Positions 30,823 through 42,182 are shown, numbered from the stretch's first letter. The stretch: DNA of 64,000 nucleotides from Synechococcus sp. (GCA_047285305.1 JBJBDL010000003.1:1856001-1920000); one strand, 5' to 3'. Program-made: numbers and translations. Notes: generated from the sequence alone by a model not told the origin.

Positions 30823-31866
30823 TTACTGAGAAGTGTCCCGCTTGAGCTCCCGCAGGGTCTTGGCCATCTCCGGCAGCTTGTTGAAGGTGGCGGCACATCG
30901 CAGCCAAAGGCGATTCGGAATCGCGGGAAAACCACTCACCACCTCTCCGGGATCCACATCACCGTGAATACCGGTCTTGGAGCTGGCGATGACGCGGTCT
31001 CCCACAACAACGCGATTACCGACCCCCACCTGGCCCGCCAGGATGACACCGTGGCCGATCCGGGCGCCGCCGGCGATGCCCACCTGTGCCGCGAAGGCAC
31101 AGCCACGCCCGGTGCTGACGCCATGGCCGATTTGCACAAGGTTGTCGATTTTGGTGCCGGCACCAATGCGGGTTTCCCCGACAGATGGGCGGTCGATGGT
31201 GGTGCCGCTACCCACCTCAACGCCGTCTTCAAGAACCACGTAGCCGGTCTGCGGCATTTTTCGCCATCCCTTCGCCGTCGGCACGAAGCCAAAGCCCTCG
31301 GAGCCGACAACGGCATTGGAATTCACCACACAGCCGCGACCGAGACGGCTGCCGGGGTGGAGCACGGCATTGGCGTGCAGCTCGCAGCCATCACCCACCA
31401 CCACGTCGTCGTAGATCACCACCCCGGGATGAACGATGCAGTCGGCACCAAGACGGCTTCCCTCCCCGATACAGACCCTCGGGCCCACCGCCGTGCGGGG
31501 GCCCACCGCAGCCCGTTCATCTATCACCGCCGAGGGGTGAATCTCCGCCAAGGGCCTGCGGCGGGGATGAAACTCATCGAGGGCTTCAGCAAAGGCCAAA
31601 CGCGGATCAGCGAAAACAGCAAAGGCGATGCCGCGCTGCGAGGCCAGATCAATCAGATCCTGTTGGTCGGGCAGCAACAGGGCACCCACTTCGCTGGAGC
31701 CCAAAGCCGCCATGAGGGCGTTGCCCTTCTCCAGAAAGCTGAGCTGCGCGACTGAGGCCTGATCGAGTGAAGCGGCACCCTCAAGCCATGGATCCAAGCC
31801 CGGCTGACTCCAGCGCAGGCCTGCATCACCGGTCTGCAGAACCTTGATCAGGGTGCTGAAACGCAT
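30823..31866 (-). CDS. lpxD: UDP-3-O-acyl-glucosamine N-acyltransferase
   Basis: Hexapeptide repeats, [18 protein letters not shown]. Confidence 0.95.
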   Translation of the reverse strand: MRFSTLIKVLQTGDAGLRWSQPGLDPWLEGAASLDQASVAQLSFLEKGNALMAALGSSEVGALLLPDQQDLIDLASQRGIAFAVFADPRLAFAEALDEFHPRRRPLAEIHPSAVIDERAAVGPRTAVGPRVCIGEGSRLGADCIVHPGVVIYDDVVVGDGCELHANAVLHPGSRLGRGCVVNSNAVVGSEGFGFVPTAKGWRKMPQTGYVVLEDGVEVGSGTTIDRPSVGETRIGAGTKIDNLVQIGHGVSTGRGCAFAAQVGIAGGARIGHGVILAGQVGVGNRVVVGDRVIASSKTGIHGDVDPGEVVSGFPAIPNRLWLRCAATFNKLPEMAKTLRELKRDTSQ

Positions 31867-31901
31867 GGAGGCGAGGACAGTCCGGCGGATCGTAGACGCG
31901 G

Positions 31902-32975
31902 TTAACGGCTGCGAAGCACCAGAGCATCGCGATGCACCACCACCGGGGAGGACTCCCCCGGCGATGGGTCATTCATTGCGGCCCGCAGCTGATCGCTGTC
32001 CATCGAGCAGAGGCCACGGCCCAGATCCTCCCCATCAGGGTCCAGCAACTGAACGGGTTGATTGGCGGCGAAGTCACCCCGCACCGCCGTCACACCCACC
32101 AGCAGCAGAGACGCACCTCGGTGCTGCAGCGCCGCACAAGCCCCCGCATCCAGCTGCAGTTCACCCTCAGGCCGAAGCACGTGGGCTAGCCAACTGCGTC
32201 GATTGCCCAGGGGTTCCGGGTGAGGATGGAACACCGTCCCCCCCCGTTCCCCCTGCATTAAGGCCTCGAGGCGAGCAGGGTCGCGGCCATCGGCGAGCTG
32301 CACTGTGATGCCACTGGCGGTGGCAATGCGTGCTGCCGCCAGCTTCGTGGTCATGCCCCCGGTCCCCCATCGTCCCCCGTCGCCGGCCCCCTGTTCCAAC
32401 TGGTCCAGGTCGCGGGGATGGCGAACATCCGAAATCGGTTCAGCGTTGGCATCAACCCGCGGATCCGAGGAATAAAGGCGATCAACATCCGTGAGCAGGA
32501 TCAATTGCTGCGCTTCAACGGCGGTGGCCACCAAGGCCGAAAGTGTGTCGTTGTCGCCGAAGCGCAACTCCGCCGGCGAGAGGGCATCGTTCTCGTTGAT
32601 CACCGGCAGCACCCCCCAGCTCAGCAACTGCCGCAAGGTGCCCGAAGCGTTCTGATAACGACGGCGATCGGCCAGGTCGGAACGGGTCAGAAGCACCTGA
32701 GCCACGGAACGGCCATGGCATTTCATTGCCCGTTCATACAGCGCCATCAGCGAGCCCTGGCCAATGGCTGCAGCTGCCTGCAGGGCCACCACCGTGTCGG
32801 GTCGGTTGGTGAGGGCCAGCTTCTGGCAGCCCAGCCCGACTGCACCACTGGTGACCAGAACCACCTGGTCCCCCCGGGTCATGGCCCCTGCGAAGCAACG
32901 GGCGTAACCATCAATCGTGGTGGCAGTCTCCCCCCGAAGCAGGCTGGTGCCGATTTTCACGACCCACAGGGTCAT
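31902..32975 (-). CDS. proB: Glutamate 5-kinase
   Basis: [31 protein letters not shown] domain. Confidence 0.97.
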   Translation of the reverse strand: MTLWVVKIGTSLLRGETATTIDGYARCFAGAMTRGDQVVLVTSGAVGLGCQKLALTNRPDTVVALQAAAAIGQGSLMALYERAMKCHGRSVAQVLLTRSDLADRRRYQNASGTLRQLLSWGVLPVINENDALSPAELRFGDNDTLSALVATAVEAQQLILLTDVDRLYSSDPRVDANAEPISDVRHPRDLDQLEQGAGDGGRWGTGGMTTKLAAARIATASGITVQLADGRDPARLEALMQGERGGTVFHPHPEPLGNRRSWLAHVLRPEGELQLDAGACAALQHRGASLLLVGVTAVRGDFAANQPVQLLDPDGEDLGRGLCSMDSDQLRAAMNDPSPGESSPVVVHRDALVLRSR

Positions 32976-33493
32976 GCTGAAGGCGCCCCCATCACGCGGG
33001 CCATGGCGCGTTCAAACCGCTGCACCTGGTCATGGCGGCATGGCTTGCCGTCGTCTCGAACCGGTCGAACCAACACCGTGTAAAGCCCCATCCGGTTGCC
33101 ACAGAGCACATCCGTGAACAGGCGGTCGCCGATCATCGCGATCGCCTCCGGTGGCAGCGCGAGATCGCGAACCACACTGCGCAGGGGGCCACGGCGAGGT
33201 TTGCCGGCACCAAAGGTGAAGCTGACCTGCAGCTGATCAGCCACGGCAGCAATCCGATCGCGAGAGGGGTTGTTGCTGAACAGATGCAATTGCAGGCGGC
33301 GGCCGGCATCCACCAGCCAATCGCGCACTGGCCCTGGCAGGGTCACATCACGACCAGGCAGAAGGGTGCGGTCGACGTCAATCACGGCGGCCTTCAGGCC
33401 ATGGGCCGTGAGGTGGGGCAGCGAAAGCTGGGCAATGGTGAGATGGGGATCCCAATCGGGGGTCAACCAGTGCTGTGCCGTCAATCCGGCCAT
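32972..33493 (-). CDS. YqeG-family HAD phosphatase
   Basis: DVDRTL, SNN, AGKP, IGDRLFTD. Confidence 0.9.
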   Translation of the reverse strand: MAGLTAQHWLTPDWDPHLTIAQLSLPHLTAHGLKAAVIDVDRTLLPGRDVTLPGPVRDWLVDAGRRLQLHLFSNNPSRDRIAAVADQLQVSFTFGAGKPRRGPLRSVVRDLALPPEAIAMIGDRLFTDVLCGNRMGLYTVLVRPVRDDGKPCRHDQVQRFERAMARVMGAPSA

Positions 33494-34035
33494 TCACGCT
33501 CCTCCAGTTCCGCCTCAATCAGGGGTTGAACACGGTCGAGCTCATCGTCGCTCAGCAACACCGCCTGGCCATCCACCATCCGCACCAACACCAGGAACGG
33601 ATCGAGGGGGATATAGAGGCCGTATTCCTCCGCTTCGACCATGAAGCTCACCAGCAGCTCAAAGGTCTCGGCGTCCTCATCAACATCGTCGTCCTCTTCC
33701 AGCTCGTCGAGCTCGTCCTGATCCGGCTCCTCCAGTTCACCACTGACGGTGAGGGTGATCGCTGATCGCACCAGGACCAGGTCGTGCTCCTGGAGCACCA
33801 CATCAGCCACCGAAAGAATCGGCTCGCTGCTGGCAACTTCTGTGATCGGCACCGGCTCTGCATCGTCATTGAGCCGAAACAGCGATACAGGTGTATCGAC
33901 CGGCGAGAGAAGGGCGTAGTCCTGCCCCTCTATCGGGATCAGATGCTCGAGGAAGCACAGCAAATCGTGGCCCTCGCGGTCGCGGACCAGCAGGGTGGGG
34001 TGATCGCTGCTCTTACCGGGGCCCGACTCAGACAT
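33481..34035 (-). CDS. DUF3727-family protein
   Basis: YALLSPVDTPV, acidic stretch, YIPLDP. Confidence 0.8.
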   Translation of the reverse strand: MSESGPGKSSDHPTLLVRDREGHDLLCFLEHLIPIEGQDYALLSPVDTPVSLFRLNDDAEPVPITEVASSEPILSVADVVLQEHDLVLVRSAITLTVSGELEEPDQDELDELEEDDDVDEDAETFELLVSFMVEAEEYGLYIPLDPFLVLVRMVDGQAVLLSDDELDRVQPLIEAELEEREWPD

Positions 34036-34055
34036 CGACGCGGCTCTGACTGGGC

Positions 34056-34532
34056 TCAGGATCCACCATCGACCGCCCCGGCGCCCGACCTTGATGCACT
34101 CTGTTGGGCCGGTTTGAGCTCCGGACCTTCCGCCAGCCATTGCTCCAGCAGCAAGGCAGCGGCTGCACTGTCCAGACGTCCGCTGCGATCGCCCGTCAAG
34201 CCGAACTGTTCACCGGCCGCCCATGTGCTGCTGTGTTCATTCACCCAGGCCAGGGGCAGATCGAGGGCGGCAGCCAGGCGCAGGCCGTAACGCTGGCAAT
34301 GCTCCGCCTGTGCGGTGGGCTGGCCCGCGGCATCCAGAGGCAATCCCACCACGAGCCCCTGCACCGACCGTTCGCGGCAGTGGGCCCGCAGAACGACCAG
34401 ATCGGTATCAAAGCGAGCGCGACGCAAGGCAGCGAGGGGCGTGACGCTGATGCCGAGGGCATCACAGCCCGCCAGGCCGATGCGCCGCCGGCCCACATCC
34501 AGGCTGAGGATCGAACAGGGACGCGGCCGCAT
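34056..34532 (-). CDS. ruvX: YqgF/RuvX pre-16S rRNA processing nuclease
   Basis: LDVGRRRIGLA, VVGLP, VNEHSST, DSAAAALLL. Confidence 0.92.
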   Translation of the reverse strand: MRPRPCSILSLDVGRRRIGLAGCDALGISVTPLAALRRARFDTDLVVLRAHCRERSVQGLVVGLPLDAAGQPTAQAEHCQRYGLRLAAALDLPLAWVNEHSSTWAAGEQFGLTGDRSGRLDSAAAALLLEQWLAEGPELKPAQQSASRSGAGAVDGGS

Positions 34533-35605
34533 TAGTGCCGATCACCGAGGCTTGGTGTGGGCAGCGGTGTGCCCTGGGGCCGCAGACGACCCAGCACCTG
34601 ATCGAGCGATCGGGTCAGCTGCAGATTGCGCTGGGGAGACTGACGCCGCCACATGCTGCGTCCGAGCAGCAGTTGCTCATCGCCACGGGTCCAGCCCTCC
34701 GCCTCCAGGATCTGGCTGAGGGGTGCATCGTCAAAGGCCGTAAGCAGCCCGCGGGGGCGGCCGCGCTGAAGGATCCCGTTCAACACTTGCGGAAGGGCCT
34801 GATCCAGCCGGGGATCCCAGGCGAGATCGCGCATCAGTTCCAGGAACCCGGCCTCTCCCGCATCGGGAAGGCGGATGCACCCCGCCAACACAGCATCTCC
34901 AGCCATGAGCACGCCGCAGCCGGGGCCGTTGCGGTCCAGCAGATCGAGCCAATGGCGGTCAGTGATCTGACGCAGGTGGCTGTGACTGCCGCCCTGCTCG
35001 ATCGACCAGAGCAACTGCGCGGTACGGCGGTTCAAGGCCGCCCAGCGCAGACCCTCTGGCAACTGATCGCTGCTTGGTGGCTCAACCCCGGCCCCTGGTG
35101 GACACCAGCACTGATACGGACGAAGCGGTTGAAAGCCCAGCTCCCGCAGCAGGGCAATGGCATCGGCATCAGTAGCCGGACAGCGGATCACCCAGCTGCA
35201 GATCTGGGCGGTCCAGGACTGCAGAGCCTGCTGAAGCAGGGACTGCTGAATGGTGCGATGGCTGTGATCGTCCAGAGAGCCCAGCAGCTCCGGCAAATGA
35301 AGGATCCAGCAGCTGCCGCGGCGGTTGAACGGCCGGGCCACAACACTGGCCACCGGGCGAGCCCCCGCAAGGGCCATCAGACAGCGGGGCGAGCGGCTGG
35401 GAAGCAGATCGGGAAAGCGTTGCTCAACTCTGGAGAGCCATTCACCGATCAAAAAGCCTTGAAAACGTGATACCTGATCTAGCGGCGCATGCTGAACCCA
35501 CTGGGCAAGGTGTGCCGGATTAAGGGGCTCAATGCGGATGGAGGTGGTCTTGGGTTCTGTCACCGGACACCCTCCAACCTCAACTGCCCACAATGTATCG
35601 CTCAT
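34532..35605 (-). CDS. Conserved protein, possibly GNAT-fold
   Basis: 357-aa ORF translationally coupled in the operon; LLRELGFQPL. Confidence 0.75.
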   Translation of the reverse strand: MSDTLWAVEVGGCPVTEPKTTSIRIEPLNPAHLAQWVQHAPLDQVSRFQGFLIGEWLSRVEQRFPDLLPSRSPRCLMALAGARPVASVVARPFNRRGSCWILHLPELLGSLDDHSHRTIQQSLLQQALQSWTAQICSWVIRCPATDADAIALLRELGFQPLRPYQCWCPPGAGVEPPSSDQLPEGLRWAALNRRTAQLLWSIEQGGSHSHLRQITDRHWLDLLDRNGPGCGVLMAGDAVLAGCIRLPDAGEAGFLELMRDLAWDPRLDQALPQVLNGILQRGRPRGLLTAFDDAPLSQILEAEGWTRGDEQLLLGRSMWRRQSPQRNLQLTRSLDQVLGRLRPQGTPLPTPSLGDRH

Positions 35606-36762
35606 TCAAGGCCTGGCCGAACCAAAACCAGGGGGGTGCGCTCATTGGCATTGCCAGCAGGATTGGGACGCAGGGCCCGTCCCAGCAAGCCCTCATCACA
35701 CCCGGGGCTGGAGGCCAGCACCTTCACGCGTCCGAGGTCGTTGACGTCGACGATGGCAACGTCGACCCCGAGTTCGGCAGAGGCATCACGACAAAACTGC
35801 TCAGCCCGGGATGGCCCCAGAACAATGGTCTGGTCATAGGGCGGTGTGGTGCCGGTGATGTCGTCGATCAAGCGGGCCTGCTCACCGGCGAGGCGATAGA
35901 AGCCACCGGGGATGCCCACCAGCTTCATCAGAAGACCCCCCAGCCAGGCGGCCAGAACCCTGGTGGGCCCCACCAGATCGATCAAGGTCTGCATCCCGCA
36001 GGCCGTGGCCAGGCTGCTGGTGGGGTGAAACACACGGCAGGCCAGGCGCGCCACCATGCCGGGTTCCACCTCACTGGGATGGCAATAGCGACCCTGGATC
36101 ACAGCCACGGGGGTTTCGCCGATGGTGAGGATGTCGCCGGGCTGCACCAGATCGGCGGCGTAAGTGCGCAGGACGTCAATGGCGTCATCCAGGGGGCCGA
36201 GCAGATGGGTGCGCAGCGGCAAGACGCGGCAGCCTTCCCCCTCGCTGAAGTGGGCTTGATCGGGCTGGAGGGGTTGAGGACGGCTCAAGGGAACCAGCAC
36301 GCCCTGACGGCGCTGCAGGCGACCGAAGGGTCCGTAATTCACCCAGTAGGCATCAACCCAGAGACTGTCGACCCGGGCCGATGGCGTCGGGCCGGTGATC
36401 TCGATTGAGACCCGGGCACGCGTGGTTTTGAGCCCTTTAACGATGTATGCCGCCCAGTAGCCGTCTGCACGGGTCTCCTCGTCGGGATGGTCGGCAATGA
36501 TCCGCGTTGTCACCTCCAGGCCGGCGGGATCAGAGGACCCCAGCAGCACGGGCTCGACCCGCAGCTCCGGCACAAAAATCTCCATGCGGGGGTGGGGGTT
36601 GCTGATCTCCAGCACACCCTCTATTTGGAGCCGCCCACCCAGATCATCAACGCGCCAGTCGCGAGGGGTCATCCGCAACGGTGAGGCGGGCCGCAGGCGA
36701 TGGCGAAGCTCCAGCCAAGACACAGCAAGTCCAAGGCCGAGCGGAGCAAGCAGCAGCGACAC
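35602..36762 (-). CDS. F420-0:gamma-glutamyl ligase-like protein
   Basis: LIDDITGTTPPYD, AIVDVNDLG, NPAGNANERTP. Confidence 0.8.
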   Translation of the reverse strand: MSLLLAPLGLGLAVSWLELRHRLRPASPLRMTPRDWRVDDLGGRLQIEGVLEISNPHPRMEIFVPELRVEPVLLGSSDPAGLEVTTRIIADHPDEETRADGYWAAYIVKGLKTTRARVSIEITGPTPSARVDSLWVDAYWVNYGPFGRLQRRQGVLVPLSRPQPLQPDQAHFSEGEGCRVLPLRTHLLGPLDDAIDVLRTYAADLVQPGDILTIGETPVAVIQGRYCHPSEVEPGMVARLACRVFHPTSSLATACGMQTLIDLVGPTRVLAAWLGGLLMKLVGIPGGFYRLAGEQARLIDDITGTTPPYDQTIVLGPSRAEQFCRDASAELGVDVAIVDVNDLGRVKVLASSPGCDEGLLGRALRPNPAGNANERTPLVLVRPGLE

Positions 36763-36826
36763 AGCGGATCCGGCTCAGCGACCGGGACAACTGGCCGGCA
36801 GCGTAGGCGCCATGGCGGTGGGCGTC

Positions 36827-37393
36827 TCAGTTGGCGGTGACTTCGATGTTCACTTCGTTGAAACTGCCTTCCTGATCAATGAGTCCCAGTTCCGGAGCGG
36901 GAAGACCGGTGGAAGCGCTGATGGCGTCGTTGATCGCCGCCAGGGGAACCTGACCGTTCTGATCGAAGACAACCCGTCCATCGGTGCCGATCACCACCAC
37001 CTGCGGAATGGTTCCAGACCAATAGGTGGCTGGATCACCCGCGCCCAAGGATTCACGGCCCTGCAGCGGATCGGTGGAGAGCGGCAGCAGATCGATGCTG
37101 CGGCCCCAAAGTCGTTGCAGTTCCGACACCACCGGAGCGAAGCGTTTGCTCACGGCGCTGTCATCCAAGTAGTAGACGATCACAGCCGTGCGTCCCTCTG
37201 CAAGGGACTCCTCCAGGGTGCTGGCGGGAGGCACTAACGACCCATTGCCGGCGTACAGGGCATAGATGTTGCCGTCATAGCTGTCGCTGTTCAAAACAGC
37301 GGCGGCTGGTGCGACATGGAGCAGCAGCGCGATCGAAACGGTGATCAGACAGCGCACCAAAGCAAGCATCAAGCCGAAGCAGCGGATCGCCAT
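36827..37393 (-). CDS. Thioredoxin-like thylakoid protein (PSI accumulation factor-like)
   Basis: DSYDGNIYALYAGNGSLVPP; signal peptide. Confidence 0.75.
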   Translation of the reverse strand: MAIRCFGLMLALVRCLITVSIALLLHVAPAAAVLNSDSYDGNIYALYAGNGSLVPPASTLEESLAEGRTAVIVYYLDDSAVSKRFAPVVSELQRLWGRSIDLLPLSTDPLQGRESLGAGDPATYWSGTIPQVVVIGTDGRVVFDQNGQVPLAAINDAISASTGLPAPELGLIDQEGSFNEVNIEVTAN

Positions 37394-37408
37394 TGTGGAC
37401 CCAGGGGC

Positions 37409-39031
37409 CTAACCGCGGCCAAAGCTGCGTCCCATGCCCTGGGCAATGCCCCGCCCCACCAGACCGATGGCGCGCCCCAGCACTTGGGTGAGCAGAATCA
37501 CAGCAAGGTCGCCGATGCGGCGCACCAGGGCCTGCACCTGGGGTGCGAGGGCATCCCGGGCTTCCAGGAGCAAGGCCACCTGCCGCTGCCACCAACCCAG
37601 TTGATTGAGCTCCCTATCGCGGGGCTCCGTCAGCAGCAACGGTTCGATGCGACCGGAGCGCAACTGAAACAAGGTGCGCTGGCTTTCGTAGAGCTGAATG
37701 GGGCGCTCCACCCAATCCGCCCAGCGCAGCTGGGTGTTCAAGCGGTTCCTGAGCCGGTCGAGTTCCCGGGTCGCAAGGAGGGGGTCCCGGAGCAGGTAAC
37801 GGCGCAGCTCCGGCCAGTCACCACAGGCATCGAGCAATTCGGCACCAATCAGTTCCGCCGTCCTCACAAGCCAATTGGTGATCAGGGTTTCCAGTTGCAG
37901 GAAGGCCCTGGGGTCATCGGCCGGCAACAGCAGGCCGTTCACCAGCATCGGTTGATCGGCAACCAGCGGCGCCAGCATTCTAGTTGGATCGGGAAGCTCG
38001 CCATCTGCACCGGTGAGATCAGTACGACTGAGCAGCGAAGCCACCACCGGCTGCAGCTCGCCGTCGCAAGGGATCTGGACGTAACTGCCGGCCAGGGCAG
38101 TGAGGGCCTGCTGGCGCAACTCGGGCTGCAACGAATCCCAGGCCTGGGCCATCGCCGTGCCGTCCTGGCGGCTGCGCAGGCGCTGCAAGACCTGATCAAG
38201 CTGTTGCAACAGGGCCAGCAGCAACTCCCGGCGTCGATCCGGGTGCAAACCCTCAATCGCCAGCAGACGGCCGGTGGAATTAGTCAATCCAGCCTGAACA
38301 GATGCATCGATGCGGTCGCGGATGGCAACCCAAACGGCAACGGCATTGCGTTCGCGCAGGCTGATCGTCGTCGTGGTGGTGGGTGATCCATCGCTGGACA
38401 CGGAGGGGTCCAGGGGTTCTGCATGCTCGAGGCCCATATGCAGCGGCCCCCAGAGCCAGAGCAACAACCCCTTGGCGAAGCGCAATTCACGGCGGCGACC
38501 CTGCAGCAGCAGAAACAGCAACAGCTGCTCCGGGGGTGGATTGAGCAAGGCTTCCACCCGTTGCAGGTCGCTGCTCACCTGCTGCAGGCCACTCACCAGC
38601 AGCCATTGGCCCAGGCCCATGGTCTGCTCCTGGCCCTGGGACTCCGACGCAGCCTCCAGGCGAATGTCCCTGCCGCCCTGCAGCAGGGTTTCAATTGCGT
38701 TCTGCAGGCCCTGGGCATCGACGTTTTGCAGCAGGCCGGCCGCCGGCAGCTCCAGCAGTTGTTCCCGCGACAGGCGTAACTCGCTGGGCAGCAGCAGCAG
38801 CACCGGAGCGGGCTGCCAGCGCTCCTGCAGGGCGAACAGCTCCTGCTGAAGCGACGCCAATGAGGCCACGGTGTCGATCGACCAGATCACCAACGCCGGG
38901 GCACCAGTCAGTCGCTCAGGGCGAAGCACCACCTCCCAATCGTCCCGGGCAGAGGTGAGTTTCAGCGCCAGCGACTCCCCGAACAGATCCGGAGCGAGCA
39001 GCAACATCCTCACCGGCGAAGGGGAGACCAA
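37409..39031 (-). CDS. DUF3685 / Ycf55-like protein
   Basis: Degenerate receiver-like N-terminus; GRAIGLVGRGIAQGMG C-terminus. Confidence 0.85.
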   Translation of the reverse strand: MVSPSPVRMLLLAPDLFGESLALKLTSARDDWEVVLRPERLTGAPALVIWSIDTVASLASLQQELFALQERWQPAPVLLLLPSELRLSREQLLELPAAGLLQNVDAQGLQNAIETLLQGGRDIRLEAASESQGQEQTMGLGQWLLVSGLQQVSSDLQRVEALLNPPPEQLLLFLLLQGRRRELRFAKGLLLWLWGPLHMGLEHAEPLDPSVSSDGSPTTTTTISLRERNAVAVWVAIRDRIDASVQAGLTNSTGRLLAIEGLHPDRRRELLLALLQQLDQVLQRLRSRQDGTAMAQAWDSLQPELRQQALTALAGSYVQIPCDGELQPVVASLLSRTDLTGADGELPDPTRMLAPLVADQPMLVNGLLLPADDPRAFLQLETLITNWLVRTAELIGAELLDACGDWPELRRYLLRDPLLATRELDRLRNRLNTQLRWADWVERPIQLYESQRTLFQLRSGRIEPLLLTEPRDRELNQLGWWQRQVALLLEARDALAPQVQALVRRIGDLAVILLTQVLGRAIGLVGRGIAQGMGRSFGRG

Positions 39032-39075
39032 AGGTTGAACCCGAAACAGTTGGGTTCAAAGTAACGAGCTTCTGC

Positions 39076-39552
39076 TCAGTTCTCCAGGGTGCGCCGGCCG
39101 TTCAATTGCAGGGTGTACGACTCGATGCGAAAGCCGGTTCGCTGTTCAATCTGACGCAACAGGTCGTCGGGAAGAACAACATCGATGTCTTCGATCGAAC
39201 CGCTGTCTAAACAGGTGAGATGGCTGTGGGGATCACTGCGGTAGCCGTAGAGACGACCACTGGCGCGGTCGAGACACTCGATCACTCCAGCCGACTGCAG
39301 GGCTTCGAGGTTCTGATACACCGAGGTGTGGCCGATGCTGCGCCCCTTCAGATTCAGCTGTTCAAAAATGTCGCGAGCGCTGAGGTGGCTCTTCTCGCTC
39401 CAGAGCAGGTCAAGCACCATGCGCCGCTGACGGCTGAGACGCATGCCCAGCCGGCGGCACTGCTCAAACACCTCCTGCAAGCTGCCCGCGGGGGACGGCG
39501 TGGTGCTCTTGCCAGCGGCTGCGCTTACCACAGAAGGTGCCTGCTTCTTCAA
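39076..39552 (-). CDS. Fur-family transcriptional regulator
   Basis: RLSRQR, HLSARDI, TSVYQNL, HSHLTC. Confidence 0.92.
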   Translation of the reverse strand: MKKQAPSVVSAAAGKSTTPSPAGSLQEVFEQCRRLGMRLSRQRRMVLDLLWSEKSHLSARDIFEQLNLKGRSIGHTSVYQNLEALQSAGVIECLDRASGRLYGYRSDPHSHLTCLDSGSIEDIDVVLPDDLLRQIEQRTGFRIESYTLQLNGRRTLEN

Positions 39553-39572
39553 CCATAAGGCCCTAGACCAGC

Positions 39573-40340
39573 TCAGGCGATGTCTGCCGCCACGGCGGTG
39601 ACGTCTTGAAGCCTTGCCTCACCCAACGCGGCGATGGCCTCCGCCAGGTCGACACGGCCGTCATAGAGAGCTCGGCCAACGATCACCCCGGTCACACCAA
39701 GGGGCTCCAAGGGCAGCAGCGAGAGGAGGTCGGCCATGCAGCCGATGCCACCGGAGGCGATCACTGGAACAGCGCTGCACTGCGACATGGTTCGCAGGGC
39801 CTCCAGGTTGGGGCCTGCGAGGGTGCCATCGGTGGCAATGTCGGTGGTGATGATCGCCGCGATGCCAGCGGCACTGAACTGCTTGGCCAAATCGGTTGCC
39901 AGAACATCGCTCTGCTCGATCCAGCCCCGGGTGGCCACCCTGCCATCGTTGGCATCAACGCCCACCACGATGCGGCCGGGATGGCGTTGGGCCAACTCCT
40001 GAACCAACTCCGGCTGTTCAATCGCCACCGTGCCGAGGATGACCCGATCCAGGCCACAGGCGACCAACTCTTCGGCTCGCTCGAGCGAGCGCACACCACC
40101 ACCTAGCTGAACAGGGATGTCGAGTGCGGCCGTGATGGCCCGCACCGCTGCGTCGTTGATCGGCTCACCCCGTTTGGCGCCATCGAGATCCACAAGATGC
40201 AAACGGGTTGCCCCCTGGCTCTGCCAGCTGAGGGCCTGGGCCACAGGATCCTCACTGAATCGAGTCACCTGGTCGTAATCCCCCTGGTGAAGCCGGACGC
40301 AGGCTCCATCGAGCAAATCAATGGCGGGAATGATTTCCAT
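39573..40340 (-). CDS. hisA: ProFAR isomerase
   Basis: IIPAIDLLDG, LHLVDLDGA, TDIATDGTL. Confidence 0.97.
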   Translation of the reverse strand: MEIIPAIDLLDGACVRLHQGDYDQVTRFSEDPVAQALSWQSQGATRLHLVDLDGAKRGEPINDAAVRAITAALDIPVQLGGGVRSLERAEELVACGLDRVILGTVAIEQPELVQELAQRHPGRIVVGVDANDGRVATRGWIEQSDVLATDLAKQFSAAGIAAIITTDIATDGTLAGPNLEALRTMSQCSAVPVIASGGIGCMADLLSLLPLEPLGVTGVIVGRALYDGRVDLAEAIAALGEARLQDVTAVAADIA

Positions 40341-40411
40341 CGGGGTCGGGCCAGAGACCCTCCATCCTGCAGCGCCACGCTTCAATAGCTGCGCTTTTCG
40401 GGCCAAAGTGC

Positions 40412-41332
40412 ATGAAGATCCTGGTAATGGGGGGAACCCGCTTCGTGGGCAGGCCCTTGGTGGCCCGCCTGCAGGTCCAGGGCCATGCACTCACCCTGTT
40501 CACCCGCGGTAAGAACCCCGTCCCCGCCGGCGTTGAACACCTTTGTGGCGATCGCAGCAGCGATGAAGGCCTCAGCGCGCTGCAGGGCCGCAGCTTCGAT
40601 GTGATCGTCGACAGCTCCGGACGCAAGCAAGAGGACAGCAGCCGCGTGGTGGCCATCACCGGGGCCCCCAGCCATCGCTTTGTGTACGTGAGTTCAGCCG
40701 GGGTGTATGCCGATTCGGAGGAGTGGCCCCTGGATGAATCCAGCCCCACCGATCCGCAGAGCCGTCACGCCGGCAAAGCCGATACCGAAGTCTGGCTGCG
40801 CAAGGAGGGCATCCCCTTCACCAGCTTCCGGCCCACCTACATTTATGGCCCGGGCAACTACAACCCGGTGGAACGCTGGTTCTTCGATCGCATCGTTCAC
40901 GACCGCCCTATTCCGCTGCCCGGTGACGGCAGCACGATCACCCAACTGGGCCATGTGGAGGATCTGGCGGAAGCGATGGCCCGTTGCATTGAAGTTGATG
41001 CTGCAGCCAATCGCATCTACAACTGTTCCGGCAAACAGGGCATCAGCTTCCGGGGCCTGATCCGCGCCGCAGCCGTGGCCTGCGGCCGAGATCCCGATGG
41101 CCTCGAGCTGCGCAGCTTCAACCCCAGCGATCTGGACCCTAAGGCCCGCAAGGCCTTCCCGCTGCGGCTCAATCACTTCCTCACCGACATCACCCGGGTG
41201 GAACGCGAACTGGCCTGGCAACCCAGCTTCGACCTGGCCAAGGGCCTGGCCGACAGCTACAGCAACGACTACGCCCTGAACCCAACCGCAGCGCCAGACT
41301 TCAGCTCTGACGAGGCACTGATCAGGGCGTGA
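40412..41332 (+). CDS. NAD-dependent epimerase/dehydratase family protein (CSP41-like)
   Basis: GGTRFVG, SSAGVY, RPTYIYGP. Confidence 0.9.
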   Translation: MKILVMGGTRFVGRPLVARLQVQGHALTLFTRGKNPVPAGVEHLCGDRSSDEGLSALQGRSFDVIVDSSGRKQEDSSRVVAITGAPSHRFVYVSSAGVYADSEEWPLDESSPTDPQSRHAGKADTEVWLRKEGIPFTSFRPTYIYGPGNYNPVERWFFDRIVHDRPIPLPGDGSTITQLGHVEDLAEAMARCIEVDAAANRIYNCSGKQGISFRGLIRAAAVACGRDPDGLELRSFNPSDLDPKARKAFPLRLNHFLTDITRVERELAWQPSFDLAKGLADSYSNDYALNPTAAPDFSSDEALIRA

Positions 41333-41837
41333 TGTAGCCCAGGGCTGAGCTCAGAGCCAGGGCGAGGGAGGGCCAGAACAGCCACCAGCCAAGGCTCTGA
41401 AGCCCGGCGGCAGCGATCCAGCCTGAAGGCCAGAGCATCAGCAACAGGCTGAGGAACTGAATGATCGTCTTGGCTTTGCCCGACAGAGAAGCCGGCCCGC
41501 CATCACTGGCCTGGGAGCGCCAGCCCGAGATCAGCAATTCACGGGCCAGCAACAACCAGACCGCCCAGAGCGGCAGCACAGCCGACGACGCCAGCCAGAG
41601 CAACGGTGCCGCGATCAGCACCTTGTCGGTGAGGGGGTCGAGGCGAGCGCCCCAGCTGCTGCCACCCCCGGCGCGCCGGGCCAGCCAGCCATCGGCCGCA
41701 TCACTGAGCCCGGCTAGCAGCAGCAACCACCAGGCCCAGCTCTGCCAGCCGAACTGCAAGGCAAGGATCAGCGGGAAACCAGCAACGGCTCGCGCCACGG
41801 TGAGTCCGTTGGCAATCGAACGCAAAGACAGAAACAA
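41322..41837 (-). CDS. CDP-alcohol phosphatidyltransferase
   Basis: DAADGWLARR..GARLDPLTDK. Confidence 0.92.
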   Translation of the reverse strand: MFLSLRSIANGLTVARAVAGFPLILALQFGWQSWAWWLLLLAGLSDAADGWLARRAGGGSSWGARLDPLTDKVLIAAPLLWLASSAVLPLWAVWLLLARELLISGWRSQASDGGPASLSGKAKTIIQFLSLLLMLWPSGWIAAAGLQSLGWWLFWPSLALALSSALGYITP

Positions 41838-41868
41838 CGCTCAGAATGTGAGGAGCTGAACCTTGATC

Positions 41869-42067
41869 ATGGTCCTGTAGCTGACGGTGGCTGATGTGAT
41901 GACCCAGCCGGTGCTGACGGTCACGCCCGACACCCCGCTACAGCAGGCCGTGCAGATGATCAGCGACCACCACCTGAGTGGTTTGCCGGTGGTGAATTCA
42001 GAGGGTCGTCTGATCGGCGAGCTGACTGAGCAGGATCTGATGGTGCGGGAGAGCGGTGTTGATGCCG
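41869..42067 (+). pseudogene. CBS-domain protein, nonsense-mutated and truncated
   Basis: ATG GTC CTG TAG, then one CBS repeat (VADVMT..SGLPVV..LIGELTEQDL); resemblance ends after ESGVDA. Confidence 0.8.
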
Positions 42068-42182
42068 TTAACGCCGAAGCCCGGGCACAAGGCCTGGCCT
42101 TTCCTGCCCTGGGGTACTGGTCTGTTGCGGGTCACTGATTTGTGCAACCTGCTCCAGGCGACTGCAACGGAGTGTTCAAGCG